Shown here: piece by piece, positions 36,405 through 46,487 of the stretch | How positions within the stretch are numbered: the first letter of the stretch is position 1 | Layout of the letters: each line of letters opens with the position of its first letter | Origin: Halarcobacter sp. | Lineage (GTDB): Bacteria; Campylobacterota; Campylobacteria; Campylobacterales; Arcobacteraceae | Reading direction: 5' to 3' | DNA: 64,000 nucleotides | Assembly (NCBI GenBank): GCA_963676565.1 | Contig: OY781089.1 | Location: 1,984,001-2,048,000 of the forward strand | Notes under the pieces: model-generated | Databases searched by the model: none | Told to the model about the DNA's origin: nothing | What the model saw: only the letters and a program-made list of their open reading frames with translations | Program-made: the position numbers and the translations under genes

Positions 36405-36612
36405 AGTTTTAAGAGAAGCAAAAAAACTAACTCAAGAACAATTATCATCTAAATGTGGTATTAGTAGAGTTACCCTTGGAAAAGTTGAAAGAGGAGAGTT
36501 AGGTAATACTTCAGTGAAAACATTAGATCTTATTCTTTCAAGTTTAGGGTTTGAAATTGATTTTAAATCAACCCAAGGTTTTGGATTAACAAACCTTGAT
36601 GAGTTGACATAA
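36373..36612 (+). CDS. XRE/HipB-like HTH antitoxin
   Basis: IGQQIKVLREAKKLTQEQLSSKCGISRVTLGKVERG; TTG 36373 with AAGGAG RBS, overlaps hipA end. Confidence 0.88.
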   Translation: MKLYEIGQQIKVLREAKKLTQEQLSSKCGISRVTLGKVERGELGNTSVKTLDLILSSLGFEIDFKSTQGFGLTNLDELT

Positions 36613-36625
36613 ATATGATATAAAC

Positions 36626-37471
36626 ATGAATGCAATAGAATACTTAAAGCAACATCACCATAATGATTGTATCATCACAAAAGAGATTACCTTAGCAAAA
36701 TTTTCTACTGTAAATAGTAATTATAAACATACTTTTGAAATACCATGTAATCTTCTAAATATAGTTTATAGTGGTAGAAAAGTTTTACATACAGTTGATG
36801 GTGATATCGAAGTAAAGCCTGGTGAAGCCTTTTTTATGACCAAAGGTGAATATGTAATGAGTGAAGTTACAGGGGAAGAAGATTATGAATGTTTATTAAT
36901 CTTTTTTGATCATCATTTGACAAAAAAACTTATAGCTGAATTACCTTTTAAGTTAAATTCAAAAAATTCAAAAGATATAAAAAGTACTTTTAAGTTTAGA
37001 ATGAATAATTTTTTACAAAATAGTGCAAACACACTAAAAGAATATTTAGAAGACAAACCTAAGTTTAGCGATGAATTAATAAGTTTAAAACTAAAAGAGT
37101 TGATTCTTTTACTTTTAGGAACGAAAGAAAAAGAAAACTTTATTAGTTTCTGTCAAAATCTAACTTTGGATAAAAGTGATCTAAAAAGTTTTATGGAAGC
37201 TAATTTTCAAAGAGATTTAACAATTGAAGATTTTGCAAAAATAAGTGGAAGAAGTCTAAGTGGATTTAAAAGTGAATTTAAATCAATTTTTGATGAAACA
37301 CCTATGAAATGGATACTTAAAAAAAGAGTTGAAAAGGGTAAGTTTTTAATCCAAGAATTAGGCTATGATGTTGGAACTGCAGCACTAAGCGTTGGATTCA
37401 AAACACATGCTCATTTTACAAGAGTATACAAAGCTCAATATAACACCACACCTAACTTTATGGATAAATAG
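36626..37471 (+). CDS. AraC-family regulator (ExsA-like N-terminal cupin)
   Basis: FAKISGRSLSGFK..F...PMKWI; VGF...AHFTR. Confidence 0.92.
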   Translation: MNAIEYLKQHHHNDCIITKEITLAKFSTVNSNYKHTFEIPCNLLNIVYSGRKVLHTVDGDIEVKPGEAFFMTKGEYVMSEVTGEEDYECLLIFFDHHLTKKLIAELPFKLNSKNSKDIKSTFKFRMNNFLQNSANTLKEYLEDKPKFSDELISLKLKELILLLLGTKEKENFISFCQNLTLDKSDLKSFMEANFQRDLTIEDFAKISGRSLSGFKSEFKSIFDETPMKWILKKRVEKGKFLIQELGYDVGTAALSVGFKTHAHFTRVYKAQYNTTPNFMDK

Positions 37472-37539
37472 TTAGACCTTATAGATAAACAAACTTTCTT
37501 GATTACTTGTTATACTTCATAAAACAAAAAGGAGTTTTT

Positions 37540-38388
37540 ATGAAAAAAATTACATTATCAATATTAGTTACTGCTATGTTAAGTTTTGCTGATACAACCA
37601 CAATAGAGGGATTTAGTTCACCAGAAAGTACAATAATCAATGGAAATTATTTATATGTATCAAATGTAGGTAAAGAATTAAAGCCAACAGTAAAAGATGC
37701 AGATGGATTCATCTCTAAGTTATCAAAGGATGGAGCTATTGAAAACTTACACTTTATAGATGGTTTAGATGCACCAAAAGGTATGAGTATAGTGAATAAT
37801 ACTCTTTTTGTAGCTGATATCGATACCCTAAGAGGTTTTGACTTAGAAAGTAAAAAAGAGATTTTTAATTTAGTTTTTAAAGATACAAATTTTTTAAATG
37901 ATATCACAGTAAAAGATGATAATACTATTTTTGTTAGTTCTAGTGATTTAAGTGCAGTTTATGAAGTAGATATTACAAATAAACAATATAAAAAAATAGT
38001 AGATTTAACGACTGCAAATGGTCTTTTTTATGAAGATGGTATTTTGTATGGTGCTCAACTTGGAAGCAGTGTAAATAGTATGTTTGATGCAAAAGGTAAT
38101 TTTTTTCAAATAGATTTAAAAAATGGTAATAAAAAAACTCAGCTAGGAACCTTCAAGGGAGTACTAGATGGTGTTTATAAAGTAGGGGATAAACTTTATG
38201 TAAGTGATTGGGTAAACTTTGAAAAATCAGGGATTATTAGAATCTATGATTTAAAAACTAAAGAGGAATCTATTTTAAATGTAGAGCCTTTTATGGGAGC
38301 AGCAGATTTTTGGATAGATGAAAAAACAAATAAACTATATTTACCTCAAATGTTAGGTGGAAAAGTATCTATTATTAATCTTAATTAA
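37540..38388 (+). CDS. Periplasmic beta-propeller protein (SMP-30/gluconolactonase-like)
   Basis: Signal peptide; GFSSPES, DGFISK, GLDAPKGM, FLNDI, LDG, AAD repeats; ATG 37540 with AAGGAG. Confidence 0.82.
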   Translation: MKKITLSILVTAMLSFADTTTIEGFSSPESTIINGNYLYVSNVGKELKPTVKDADGFISKLSKDGAIENLHFIDGLDAPKGMSIVNNTLFVADIDTLRGFDLESKKEIFNLVFKDTNFLNDITVKDDNTIFVSSSDLSAVYEVDITNKQYKKIVDLTTANGLFYEDGILYGAQLGSSVNSMFDAKGNFFQIDLKNGNKKTQLGTFKGVLDGVYKVGDKLYVSDWVNFEKSGIIRIYDLKTKEESILNVEPFMGAADFWIDEKTNKLYLPQMLGGKVSIINLN

Positions 38389-38428
38389 AATACAAAAATA
38401 GTTTTAAAAGTGATTTCCTTAATAGAAA

Positions 38429-38848
38429 TCACTTTTTATCAAAACTATATTTACCAGCTCCAATAAACATCAAAGCAATTGCACACAACATATAAAGTAA
38501 TGGCAATTCAATAACCAATCCACCAGTATTAGTATTTATCTCTAAGAGCTGTGAAAAATGAGCTAAATATATTGCAAATCCCATAGTTACTGCAAATATT
38601 AAACTACTAATTCTAGTGTATAATCCAATGATTAATAACAGGGGAATGATAATTTCACCTAAATAAACACCATATGCTAAAAAAGCTGGAAAACCTTCTT
38701 TTACAACTAAACCTTCAATTCCAGTTATACCAACCATGGCTTTTTTATAACCATGAAATATCATTAAAAATCCCAGTGCAAACCTTAAAATTAATTTACC
38801 TAAATCTGCACTTAGAATACGTCCTAAATAGTTTTCTAAATTGTTCAT
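38429..38848 (-). CDS. DoxX-family membrane protein
   Basis: LILR..G..MIFHGYKK, GLYTR, GAGKYS.D. Confidence 0.9.
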   Translation of the reverse strand: MNNLENYLGRILSADLGKLILRFALGFLMIFHGYKKAMVGITGIEGLVVKEGFPAFLAYGVYLGEIIIPLLLIIGLYTRISSLIFAVTMGFAIYLAHFSQLLEINTNTGGLVIELPLLYMLCAIALMFIGAGKYSFDKK

Positions 38849-38961
38849 TGTTAAACTCCTTCATAATCCAGAATTATAGTGCAAATAAGTTTATATTACT
38901 ACTAGTTAGTATGAAATTAAATAAAAAAATTGTATAATTTAAAAAAATACAAGAAGTAGAT

Positions 38962-39897
38962 ATGAACTTATTTAAACAACTTTTAGAAAATCAAAGAGCA
39001 ATTATTATTGATGGTGCATTAGGTACTCAAATACAAAAAAATGGTTATGATGTAAATGATTCATTGTGGTCGGCTAAATATTTAGATGAAAACCCAGAGG
39101 TTATAAAAGAGGTACATAGACAATATTTAGAAGCTGGAGCAGATATTATAATCACTTCATCTTACCAAGCTTCATTAGAAGGTTTTATTAAAAAAGGTTT
39201 TTCAACACAGAAAGCTATTGATTTAATGAAGTTATCTATAGATATAGCTCTTGAAACTAGAGATGAATTTTGGGAAAATTATAAAGAAAAAGATAAAAGA
39301 ATAAAACCACTTGTTGCTGCTTCAATAGGTCCTTATGGCGCATATTTAGCAGATGGATCTGAATATACAGGAAAATATGGTATTAGTGATGAAGAATTAA
39401 GTGATTTTCACAGAAAAAGACTTGAAATTTTAATTTCAACATCTCCAGATATCTTAGCAATTGAAACTATGCCTTTATTAAGTGAAGTTAAGATTATTGT
39501 AAAACTTTTAAAAGAGTTTAATAAAATTCCAACATGGGTTACATTTAGTGCAAAAAATGAAACTACTACAAATGCAAATGATGATATAAAAGAATGCATG
39601 AGTTTTTTAGAAAATGAAGATTGTATAAGTGCTGTTGGTATAAACTGTACTGCCCCTCAATTTATTCCAAAACTTATTGAAAATATTAAATCAGTTAGCA
39701 CTAAACCAATAGTAGTTTATCCAAATGGCGGATCAAAATATAATCCTATATTAAAAGTGTGGGAAAAAGGTGAGATAAGTGCACTTGAGTATTCTAAACT
39801 TTCTCATCTATGGTTTCAAAAAGGTGCACAAATAATTGGGGGATGTTGTGAAACAACTCCTGAAGAGATTTTAAATATTAGGGAAAGATTATTATAA
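38962..39897 (+). CDS. mmuM: Homocysteine S-methyltransferase
   Basis: IDGALGT, LWSA, ASIGPYGAYLADGSEY, GINC, YPNGG, IIGGCC. Confidence 0.93.
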   Translation: MNLFKQLLENQRAIIIDGALGTQIQKNGYDVNDSLWSAKYLDENPEVIKEVHRQYLEAGADIIITSSYQASLEGFIKKGFSTQKAIDLMKLSIDIALETRDEFWENYKEKDKRIKPLVAASIGPYGAYLADGSEYTGKYGISDEELSDFHRKRLEILISTSPDILAIETMPLLSEVKIIVKLLKEFNKIPTWVTFSAKNETTTNANDDIKECMSFLENEDCISAVGINCTAPQFIPKLIENIKSVSTKPIVVYPNGGSKYNPILKVWEKGEISALEYSKLSHLWFQKGAQIIGGCCETTPEEILNIRERLL

Positions 39898-41619
39898 AGA
39901 AACCACTTGGTTTCTTCCCGCATTTTTTGCTTTATATAAGGCTTCGTCAGCACGATTTATCACAGCTTCAATATTTTTATCCTTTATAAAATCAATTTGT
40001 GAAACCCCTATACTAATTGTAAATGTAATTGTTATCTTATCATCGATTTCAACTGTAAGATCTTCTATCTTTTTTCGAATTTTTTCACTATAGGCATTAG
40101 CACCACTTATAGAGGTATTTGGGAGTAACATAATAAATTCTTCACCACCATACCTACATGTTATATCTGATTCTCTTTTGATTCTAATTAGAGTTTTAGC
40201 AAGTTTTATAATAACTCTATCCCCTATACTATGTCCATAGGTATCATTTATGTTTTTAAATTTATCAATATCAAGCATAACAATAGATAAAGGCTTAAAA
40301 TCTCTATGGGAGATTTGAAATAAATTATTTGATACTTCTGAAAAATATCTTCTATTATATAGTTTTGTAAGAGGGTCTGTTTGATTTTGAAATTCAAGTT
40401 TATTTTGTAAAATATCAAGCTCTTTTGTTGAAACATTTATTAAATGAGAGAGTGCTTGTAAAGTTAGTTTAGAGTGTTTCAACGCTTGGAATTTAACTTC
40501 TTTTTGATTGCGTATTGATGATTCACTTAGTGCAAGTACAGTCATAGTTTGATTTAAAAGTAGTTTATTTTTTCCACAACTAAAAAACTCTCCATAGGTA
40601 TAAAATCCACTAGATGGTGCAATTTTATTATAAACTAAGGTTTCAGATTCAATAACCTCAGGTATAAATCTACGTCTTGCCATACAAGAATAGATAAAAA
40701 TTGTTTCAACACATTTACCTAAGAGTTTATCAACATGCTTTTGAGTTTCATTAAAAATGGAGTCAAAATCTGCACAAGCAAATCTAACTTTGTCACCAAT
40801 TTTTAAATTCCCAGCAAAAATCAAAGAACCATCTTCTTTTTTACCAATGGCAGCTCTTGCTATATCAACATCATAATTTTGAATAATTAGTGGAAATTCT
40901 ATTCCTACTTTAGGAAGTTTTTTACTAACTGCATCCCCTAGATAATAATTATATGCTTCAACAGCGGTTCTATCTTCAATTGTAAAAACTCTATTACCAA
41001 TTGCATGGGTAATTGTTAGTTTTTTTCCAATTGCTTGCCAATCAAAACTATAATCTGTAAAGATTTTAAGATCATTAGAATTTAGTGCTACACCAACAAC
41101 ACCATCTTGTAAAATTTTATCTTTTGTAAAAACATAGGTTTTCTCAAATATGCTATTATCACCTGCTAAACCACCAGATACAATAATATTATTGTTTACG
41201 CTATTAATACCATTTAAAAACTCTTCACCATTACCAGTTAAACCATCTATAAAAGAGATAATTACTTTAGTGTTTTCTTTGATAAGTGATTTTGCTAAGT
41301 TTTTACCTCCTTCAAAATAGTCATTAAATTTGTTGGAAATATATATGTCTAGAGTTGTTTTTTCAAAGGTGGTAAAACACAGAACTGTTTTTTTTGTAGA
41401 TACTTTTCCATCACAAATTTCACCATCTGTAGTAGCACCTACTAGTTTTGATTTTGGAAAATATTTAGTAAATATAGATATTAGGTTTTCAATATACTCA
41501 AGATTGTTTTTGCCAGTAAAAATTTGAATTAATAGTTTTTCATCATCACAAATATTCTCTTTTTTTGTAAATTCTAAAAGCTCATGCTCTGAATTAAAGT
41601 ATGTATTTGTTGTTTTCAT
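39892..41619 (-). CDS. FIST-N/FIST-C (NosP-like) sensor diguanylate cyclase
   Basis: GATTDGEI, GGLAGD, YSCMARR, GFYTYGEF, NQTMT; TDPLT, RESD, RYGGEEF. Confidence 0.92.
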   Translation of the reverse strand: MKTTNTYFNSEHELLEFTKKENICDDEKLLIQIFTGKNNLEYIENLISIFTKYFPKSKLVGATTDGEICDGKVSTKKTVLCFTTFEKTTLDIYISNKFNDYFEGGKNLAKSLIKENTKVIISFIDGLTGNGEEFLNGINSVNNNIIVSGGLAGDNSIFEKTYVFTKDKILQDGVVGVALNSNDLKIFTDYSFDWQAIGKKLTITHAIGNRVFTIEDRTAVEAYNYYLGDAVSKKLPKVGIEFPLIIQNYDVDIARAAIGKKEDGSLIFAGNLKIGDKVRFACADFDSIFNETQKHVDKLLGKCVETIFIYSCMARRRFIPEVIESETLVYNKIAPSSGFYTYGEFFSCGKNKLLLNQTMTVLALSESSIRNQKEVKFQALKHSKLTLQALSHLINVSTKELDILQNKLEFQNQTDPLTKLYNRRYFSEVSNNLFQISHRDFKPLSIVMLDIDKFKNINDTYGHSIGDRVIIKLAKTLIRIKRESDITCRYGGEEFIMLLPNTSISGANAYSEKIRKKIEDLTVEIDDKITITFTISIGVSQIDFIKDKNIEAVINRADEALYKAKNAGRNQVVSL

Positions 41620-41706
41620 GATTAATACTTTAAATTAAAATTTATTTCATTATAACACAATAAATTTTTATGTAAAATATTTTTAAATTTAAAAAAGAGT
41701 TTCTAT

Positions 41707-42339
41707 ATGAATATTGATAGACTAAAAGAATTGGAATCTGAGTTTTTATACCAATACCCTAAAGGCTTTGAAGATTCTCATTTTTTTCCAACAATGAAAA
41801 AGTTTAATCCAGAGAAATTACAACTTTTTACAGAAGATAATCTTAGAAAAGAAGATTTTTCAAATCCAAATTTAGTTTTAGAAAACTATTTTAAAGTTAT
41901 ACAAAAATCAGTTTTAGTTTCACTTTTTGACAAACTAAAATTTAAAGATATGTTATCGTCATTAAACTCTTATGAAAAAGATATGCTAAGTATTGAAGTT
42001 TATGAATTATTACATGGGAATAAAAAAGAAGGCTTAGAAGGCTTAGTTGAATTTTTATCTCAATATAATCTTGCTAAATGGACAATTATTTCAGTAGTTC
42101 CTTATTATATGAATAGGCAAAAAAACTATTTTATAAAACCAACTACAACAAAAAAGATTATCAAATATCTTGAGATTGAAGATATAGTTTATAAGCCAAA
42201 ACCAAGTTATGAGTTTTATAAAACTTATAGTGATTATTTAGATGAAATGAAAAAAAATGTTGATAAGTCATTGAGTTTTGATAATGCAGCATTTACAGGT
42301 TTTTTAAAAATAGCCATTGAAATTTGTAGTGAAGATTAA
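41707..42339 (+). CDS. Hypothetical protein
   Basis: 210-aa ORF followed by a terminator; no motif recognised. Confidence 0.75.
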   Translation: MNIDRLKELESEFLYQYPKGFEDSHFFPTMKKFNPEKLQLFTEDNLRKEDFSNPNLVLENYFKVIQKSVLVSLFDKLKFKDMLSSLNSYEKDMLSIEVYELLHGNKKEGLEGLVEFLSQYNLAKWTIISVVPYYMNRQKNYFIKPTTTKKIIKYLEIEDIVYKPKPSYEFYKTYSDYLDEMKKNVDKSLSFDNAAFTGFLKIAIEICSED

Positions 42340-42363
42340 TAAAAGAGCCTAAGCTCTTTTATT
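42338..42363. terminator. Bidirectional terminator
   Basis: AATAAAAGAGC-CTAA-GCTCTTTTATT between convergent genes. Confidence 0.8.
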
Positions 42364-42373
42364 ATTATTATTA

Positions 42374-43078
42374 TTAAGACATTATCTCTTCAATAGTTAT
42401 GTAATCTCCAACTCTACCAGTCATTTGCTCAACGTCAGTATTAACAGGAAGTGTTTTTTTACCTGGAACCCATCCTGCAGGACAAACCTCACCAGTTTTT
42501 TCTGCATGTTGCCAAGCTCTAACTTGTCTTAAGAACTCATGTACATTTCTTCCAACCATTGGTGCTTGAACCTCTTGAGCTACAACTACACCTTCTGGGT
42601 TAATTAAAAATCTTCCCCTTAGTGCAACACCTTCTTCTTCAATCATTACACCATAAGCTCTTGATACAGTACCTGTTGGGTCTGCTGCAATAGTTAATTT
42701 TAAGTCTTTTAAGATTGGTTCAGTTTCAACAAATCTTTTATGAGAAAATTTTGTATCTGTTGATACAGCAGTGATTTCCACTCCTAATTCCTGAAACTCA
42801 TCATATTTTGCATTCATTGCTGCAATCTCTGTAGGACATACAAAAGTAAAATCTGCTGGGTAAAAACATACAACATGCCATTTACCTTTCATATCTTCAC
42901 TATTAACCTCTGTATAGTGACCTGTTTTTGAATCATATGCTTCCATTTTAAACTCTGGTGCTTTTCTTAATACTAAACTTGAACTCATTTTTTCTTCCTT
43001 TTTTTCTATTTTGTTTATATTTTCTTCTGTTGAAACATCTTTAGTTTCGATCGGTTTTGCTCCTGTATCGCAAGCCAT
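42374..43078 (-). CDS. ahpC: 2-Cys peroxiredoxin (AhpC type) with 30-aa N-terminal extension
   Basis: FYPADFTFVCPTE, GRN, EVCPAGW; second in-frame start at 42988. Confidence 0.9.
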   Translation of the reverse strand: MACDTGAKPIETKDVSTEENINKIEKKEEKMSSSLVLRKAPEFKMEAYDSKTGHYTEVNSEDMKGKWHVVCFYPADFTFVCPTEIAAMNAKYDEFQELGVEITAVSTDTKFSHKRFVETEPILKDLKLTIAADPTGTVSRAYGVMIEEEGVALRGRFLINPEGVVVAQEVQAPMVGRNVHEFLRQVRAWQHAEKTGEVCPAGWVPGKKTLPVNTDVEQMTGRVGDYITIEEIMS

Positions 43079-43098
43079 TTTTTAATCCTTTATATATA

Positions 43099-43128
43099 GA
43101 TATTTTTTATCAAACGATAATTTTTATC
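43099..43128. promoter_or_regulatory. Two Fur/PerR-like boxes upstream of peroxiredoxin
   Basis: GATATTTTTTATC (43099-43111) and GATAATTTTTATC (43116-43128) resemble GATAATnATTATC. Confidence 0.45.
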
Positions 43129-43317
43129 CTTTGTGTAATGGAAGTATAATCCTAGTTTGATTAAATAAAGCTTAAAATATTATTAGTTTTACTTATATTA
43201 TTAATATAACTATATTTTATGATTATAAATATTCTTTAATTATTGTTTTTTTGATAGAAACCTATTAAAAAGTATTTTTTTTATATAATATGTTCAATAC
43301 TATTTAAAAGGAATTTA

Positions 43318-43665
43318 ATGGAACAATTACCAAATTGCCCAAAATGTGGAAGTGAGTATACTTATGAAGATGGAGAATTATATATCTGTCCTGAATGTGC
43401 TCATGAGTGGTCACAAGACTCTTCACTTGAAGTTGATGAAGATGCTTTAATCGTGAAAGATTCAAATGGAACAATATTACAAGAGGGTGATGATGTTACA
43501 GTTATAAAAGATTTAAAAGTTAAAGGTAGCCAATCAGGTATCAAAGTTGGTACAAAAATTAAAGGTATTAGGCTTGTTGAGGGGAATGATGGGCATAATA
43601 TTGACTGTAAGGTTCCTGGTGTTGGAGCAATTAAACTAAAACAAGAGTTTGTTAAAAAATCTTAA
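43318..43665 (+). CDS. yjdM: Zinc-ribbon protein YjdM (PhnA family)
   Basis: [35 protein letters not shown]. Confidence 0.93.
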   Translation: MEQLPNCPKCGSEYTYEDGELYICPECAHEWSQDSSLEVDEDALIVKDSNGTILQEGDDVTVIKDLKVKGSQSGIKVGTKIKGIRLVEGNDGHNIDCKVPGVGAIKLKQEFVKKS

Positions 43666-43691
43666 TTAAAATGGGGTTATTCCCATTTTAA
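43666..43691. terminator. Bidirectional terminator
   Basis: TTAAAATGGG-GTTATT-CCCATTTTAA. Confidence 0.7.
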
Positions 43692-43716
43692 TAATTTATT
43701 TTATTCTCAAAATTCT

Positions 43717-46146
43717 TTATCTTCTTATTAAATCTTCGGGTTTTGCATAGTAAAAACCTTGTCCATAATCAATACCTAGTTCTTTTACTACATTGTGAAC
43801 CTTCTCATTATCAATAAATTCTGCAACTGTTTTAATTTGCGACTTTTTTGTAAGGCTTAAGATTGACTCAACAATATTTCTTGAGTTCATATCTTTATCT
43901 ATATTTTTTATTAAGCTTCCATCAATTTTTACAATGTCTGGTTTCATATTTAAAAGTTGTGTGTAGTTTGAATAACCACTTCCAAAATCATCAATTGCAA
44001 TTTGGCAGTTATATTTTCTAACTAGCTTAATAAATGAATTGATTTGTTCATAGTCTTTTATTTCTGAGCTTTCAAGTATTTCAAAAGTGATTAAATTTGC
44101 AATATTTTCATTTACTTGTAATAAAAATGTTATATAGTTTAGTACATCATTGTTAATTATATCTTCAAATGAGATATTAATAGATATAGGTATATTTGTT
44201 GATTTTAGAAATTCAATCGATTTTCTTAATACATTTTTTGTTATATCAGAATACATTTTTGATTTTTTTGAAATTTCGAGAAACTCATATGGAGATACTA
44301 TTTTGTTTTCTTTTTCATCAATAAGTCTTACTAGTGATTCATATTTTACTATCTTTTTTGTTTCTAAAGAAACAATTGCTTGAAAATAGGGTAGAATCCT
44401 ATCATTCTCTAAAGCATCTTTTATCTTTAGTAACATATCAAAATTTTTTAAATCACTTGTTTTTTTATTTATATCATGATTATATCTAGCTATTTTATCA
44501 TAACTATTTTTATTTTTAGAGATTGCTTCTTCGGCTGTTAATATATAAGGAACAGAATCTGATACTCCTATATTAATTGATACTGGTACTTCAAAATTAT
44601 CATATATAAATTTGTGTGATTCAAATTTTAACATCAAATTAATGGCTTTTGTATTTACCTGATCAATTGTTTTATTTTCATAAAAAATTGCAAAAATATC
44701 ACCATAAAGTCTATATGCAAATTTTGATTCCTCTTTTAATAAATTCGCAACAGATTTTAATATTTCATCTGCTCCTTCATAAGTAAGCAGTGAATTTAGT
44801 TTTTTAAAATCTATTATATCTATTAGTAAAAGAGTACCTTTTTTATCTTTTAACTCATTATTTAAAGCATTTCTACCTTTTAATTTAGTAAGTTCATCAT
44901 AAGATAACAAAAACTCTTTTTCTTCTTGGTATTGAACAACTTTTGTAATATCAACTCTAATAACCATAAACTCTAATATATTATTTTTCTTATCCTTTAG
45001 TGGTACAACAGTTGTCATAAAGTGTTTTATATCGCCATTTTTGCATAAACCTTTAAGTTGACCTTTCCAAAACCCTTTTTCTTCTATAATTTTAATTCCA
45101 TTTAATATAAATTCTTTTTTTATCTCACTTGGAAATAGATCTTGATGGTCTTTTCCTATTAATTCCTCTTTTGTATATCCAAATGTTTCACAAAAAAGTT
45201 CATTGACATGAAGTATTTTTAAATCTCTAGATAATCTTAATATGATAGTTGTTTTATCTAATGTTTCTTCATATAGCTTTGAGATGCTATTTATATCTTC
45301 AAGTTTGTCATAAGTTATACTGAATTGCTTTTTTAAAAACTCTTTTCTTTTCTCAAGTTCAGTTATATCTGTTCTTAATGCAATATATTCAACAACTTCA
45401 CCTTTAGAATCTAAAATAGGGTTAATAATAGTATCTACCCAATAAAAACTACCATCTTTTCTTTTATTTTTAATCTTTCCTTTCCAAACTTGTTTTAAAT
45501 CTTTTATTGTGTACCACATAGTTTGAAAAGTTTGAGCATCCATATCTTCATGTCTAATTATCTTATGAGGTTTACCTAATAATTCACTACTTTTGTAACC
45601 AGAAATCTTACAAAACTTGTCATTTACATAGGTTATATTACCTTTACTATCTGTTTTAGAAACAATTGAATATTTATCTATAGTCTCTTTATATTGATTA
45701 AGTAATCTACGCTTGGATGCAGTCATATTTAAGCTATTTAGAATCTCAAGAGAGTTATCAATTTTATAAACTAATTCTTCAATTGTAATAGGCTCTTTTA
45801 GAAAATCAAAAAAACTAAAATTTAGATCTTTTTTAATATTTAAAAATTGATTTGAGGGATTTTCTATAACAACAATTACAAATAAGTCTGGTTTAGTTTT
45901 TGATAATGATTTTAAAAGCTCTAAATAATCTTCTTTTATATCAATTATAAGCAAACTAATATCTAAACTATCAAATAAAAAATTAATATTTTCTATTTTA
46001 GTTGAGACAAATGAATTGTAGTTTTTAGAAGATGATAATGATTTGAATTTTTTATAATTATTATTTACTATATTACTTGAGATTAAAATATTTTTATTTT
46101 TTTTATTAATTACTTGTTCAACTAAAAAGTGATTTACATTTTGCAT
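43717..46146 (-). CDS. Degenerate REC-PAS-PAS-degenerate GGDEF-EAL phosphodiesterase
   Basis: REC-like N-terminus (LLIID...FLKEP), two PAS, GGDEF site reads YGDIF, YESLVR, DDFGSGYS; ATG 46146 with GAGG. Confidence 0.88.
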   Translation of the reverse strand: MQNVNHFLVEQVINKKNKNILISSNIVNNNYKKFKSLSSSKNYNSFVSTKIENINFLFDSLDISLLIIDIKEDYLELLKSLSKTKPDLFVIVVIENPSNQFLNIKKDLNFSFFDFLKEPITIEELVYKIDNSLEILNSLNMTASKRRLLNQYKETIDKYSIVSKTDSKGNITYVNDKFCKISGYKSSELLGKPHKIIRHEDMDAQTFQTMWYTIKDLKQVWKGKIKNKRKDGSFYWVDTIINPILDSKGEVVEYIALRTDITELEKRKEFLKKQFSITYDKLEDINSISKLYEETLDKTTIILRLSRDLKILHVNELFCETFGYTKEELIGKDHQDLFPSEIKKEFILNGIKIIEEKGFWKGQLKGLCKNGDIKHFMTTVVPLKDKKNNILEFMVIRVDITKVVQYQEEKEFLLSYDELTKLKGRNALNNELKDKKGTLLLIDIIDFKKLNSLLTYEGADEILKSVANLLKEESKFAYRLYGDIFAIFYENKTIDQVNTKAINLMLKFESHKFIYDNFEVPVSINIGVSDSVPYILTAEEAISKNKNSYDKIARYNHDINKKTSDLKNFDMLLKIKDALENDRILPYFQAIVSLETKKIVKYESLVRLIDEKENKIVSPYEFLEISKKSKMYSDITKNVLRKSIEFLKSTNIPISINISFEDIINNDVLNYITFLLQVNENIANLITFEILESSEIKDYEQINSFIKLVRKYNCQIAIDDFGSGYSNYTQLLNMKPDIVKIDGSLIKNIDKDMNSRNIVESILSLTKKSQIKTVAEFIDNEKVHNVVKELGIDYGQGFYYAKPEDLIRR

Positions 46147-46487
46147 ATTTGACCTCAAAAAAATATTATTTTAATCTAATTAAATAATAATATATCATTA
46201 TCTTTTAAACATATGAATTTTAAAATAACCCTTGAAGAAGATACTTTAAAGTTTGTAATATTAGTTATTTTATCAAGATAAAAATTATTTTATACTTAAA
46301 TAAAGTCTATTTAGAAAAATTAATTTAAAATTTTAATAATATTTTTTAGTATTAATAATTGAATAATACAACTAATTTTATCAACATAAAATCTAACTTT
46401 TTTATTAAATGTCAAAAGTATAAACTTTTTTTATTGGCTTTTATTAAAATTAATAGTTAAAATATAGATAAAAAGGAAAGGAATAAG

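Noticed and set aside
38962..39897. mmuM as part of the selenium cluster
   Set aside because: 30 kb from selD with no linking evidence; Se-methylation activity cannot be inferred from sequence
42361..42376. (ATT)n microsatellite as a phase-variation tract
   Set aside because: Lies at a terminator/stop junction between convergent genes; no clear coding or promoter effect
42830..42870. Selenocysteine in the peroxiredoxin active site
   Set aside because: The peroxidatic codon is TGT (Cys), not TGA
46147..46487. Long AT-rich intergenic region as sRNA or origin
   Set aside because: Consistent with divergent promoters; no stable structure or iterated boxes seen
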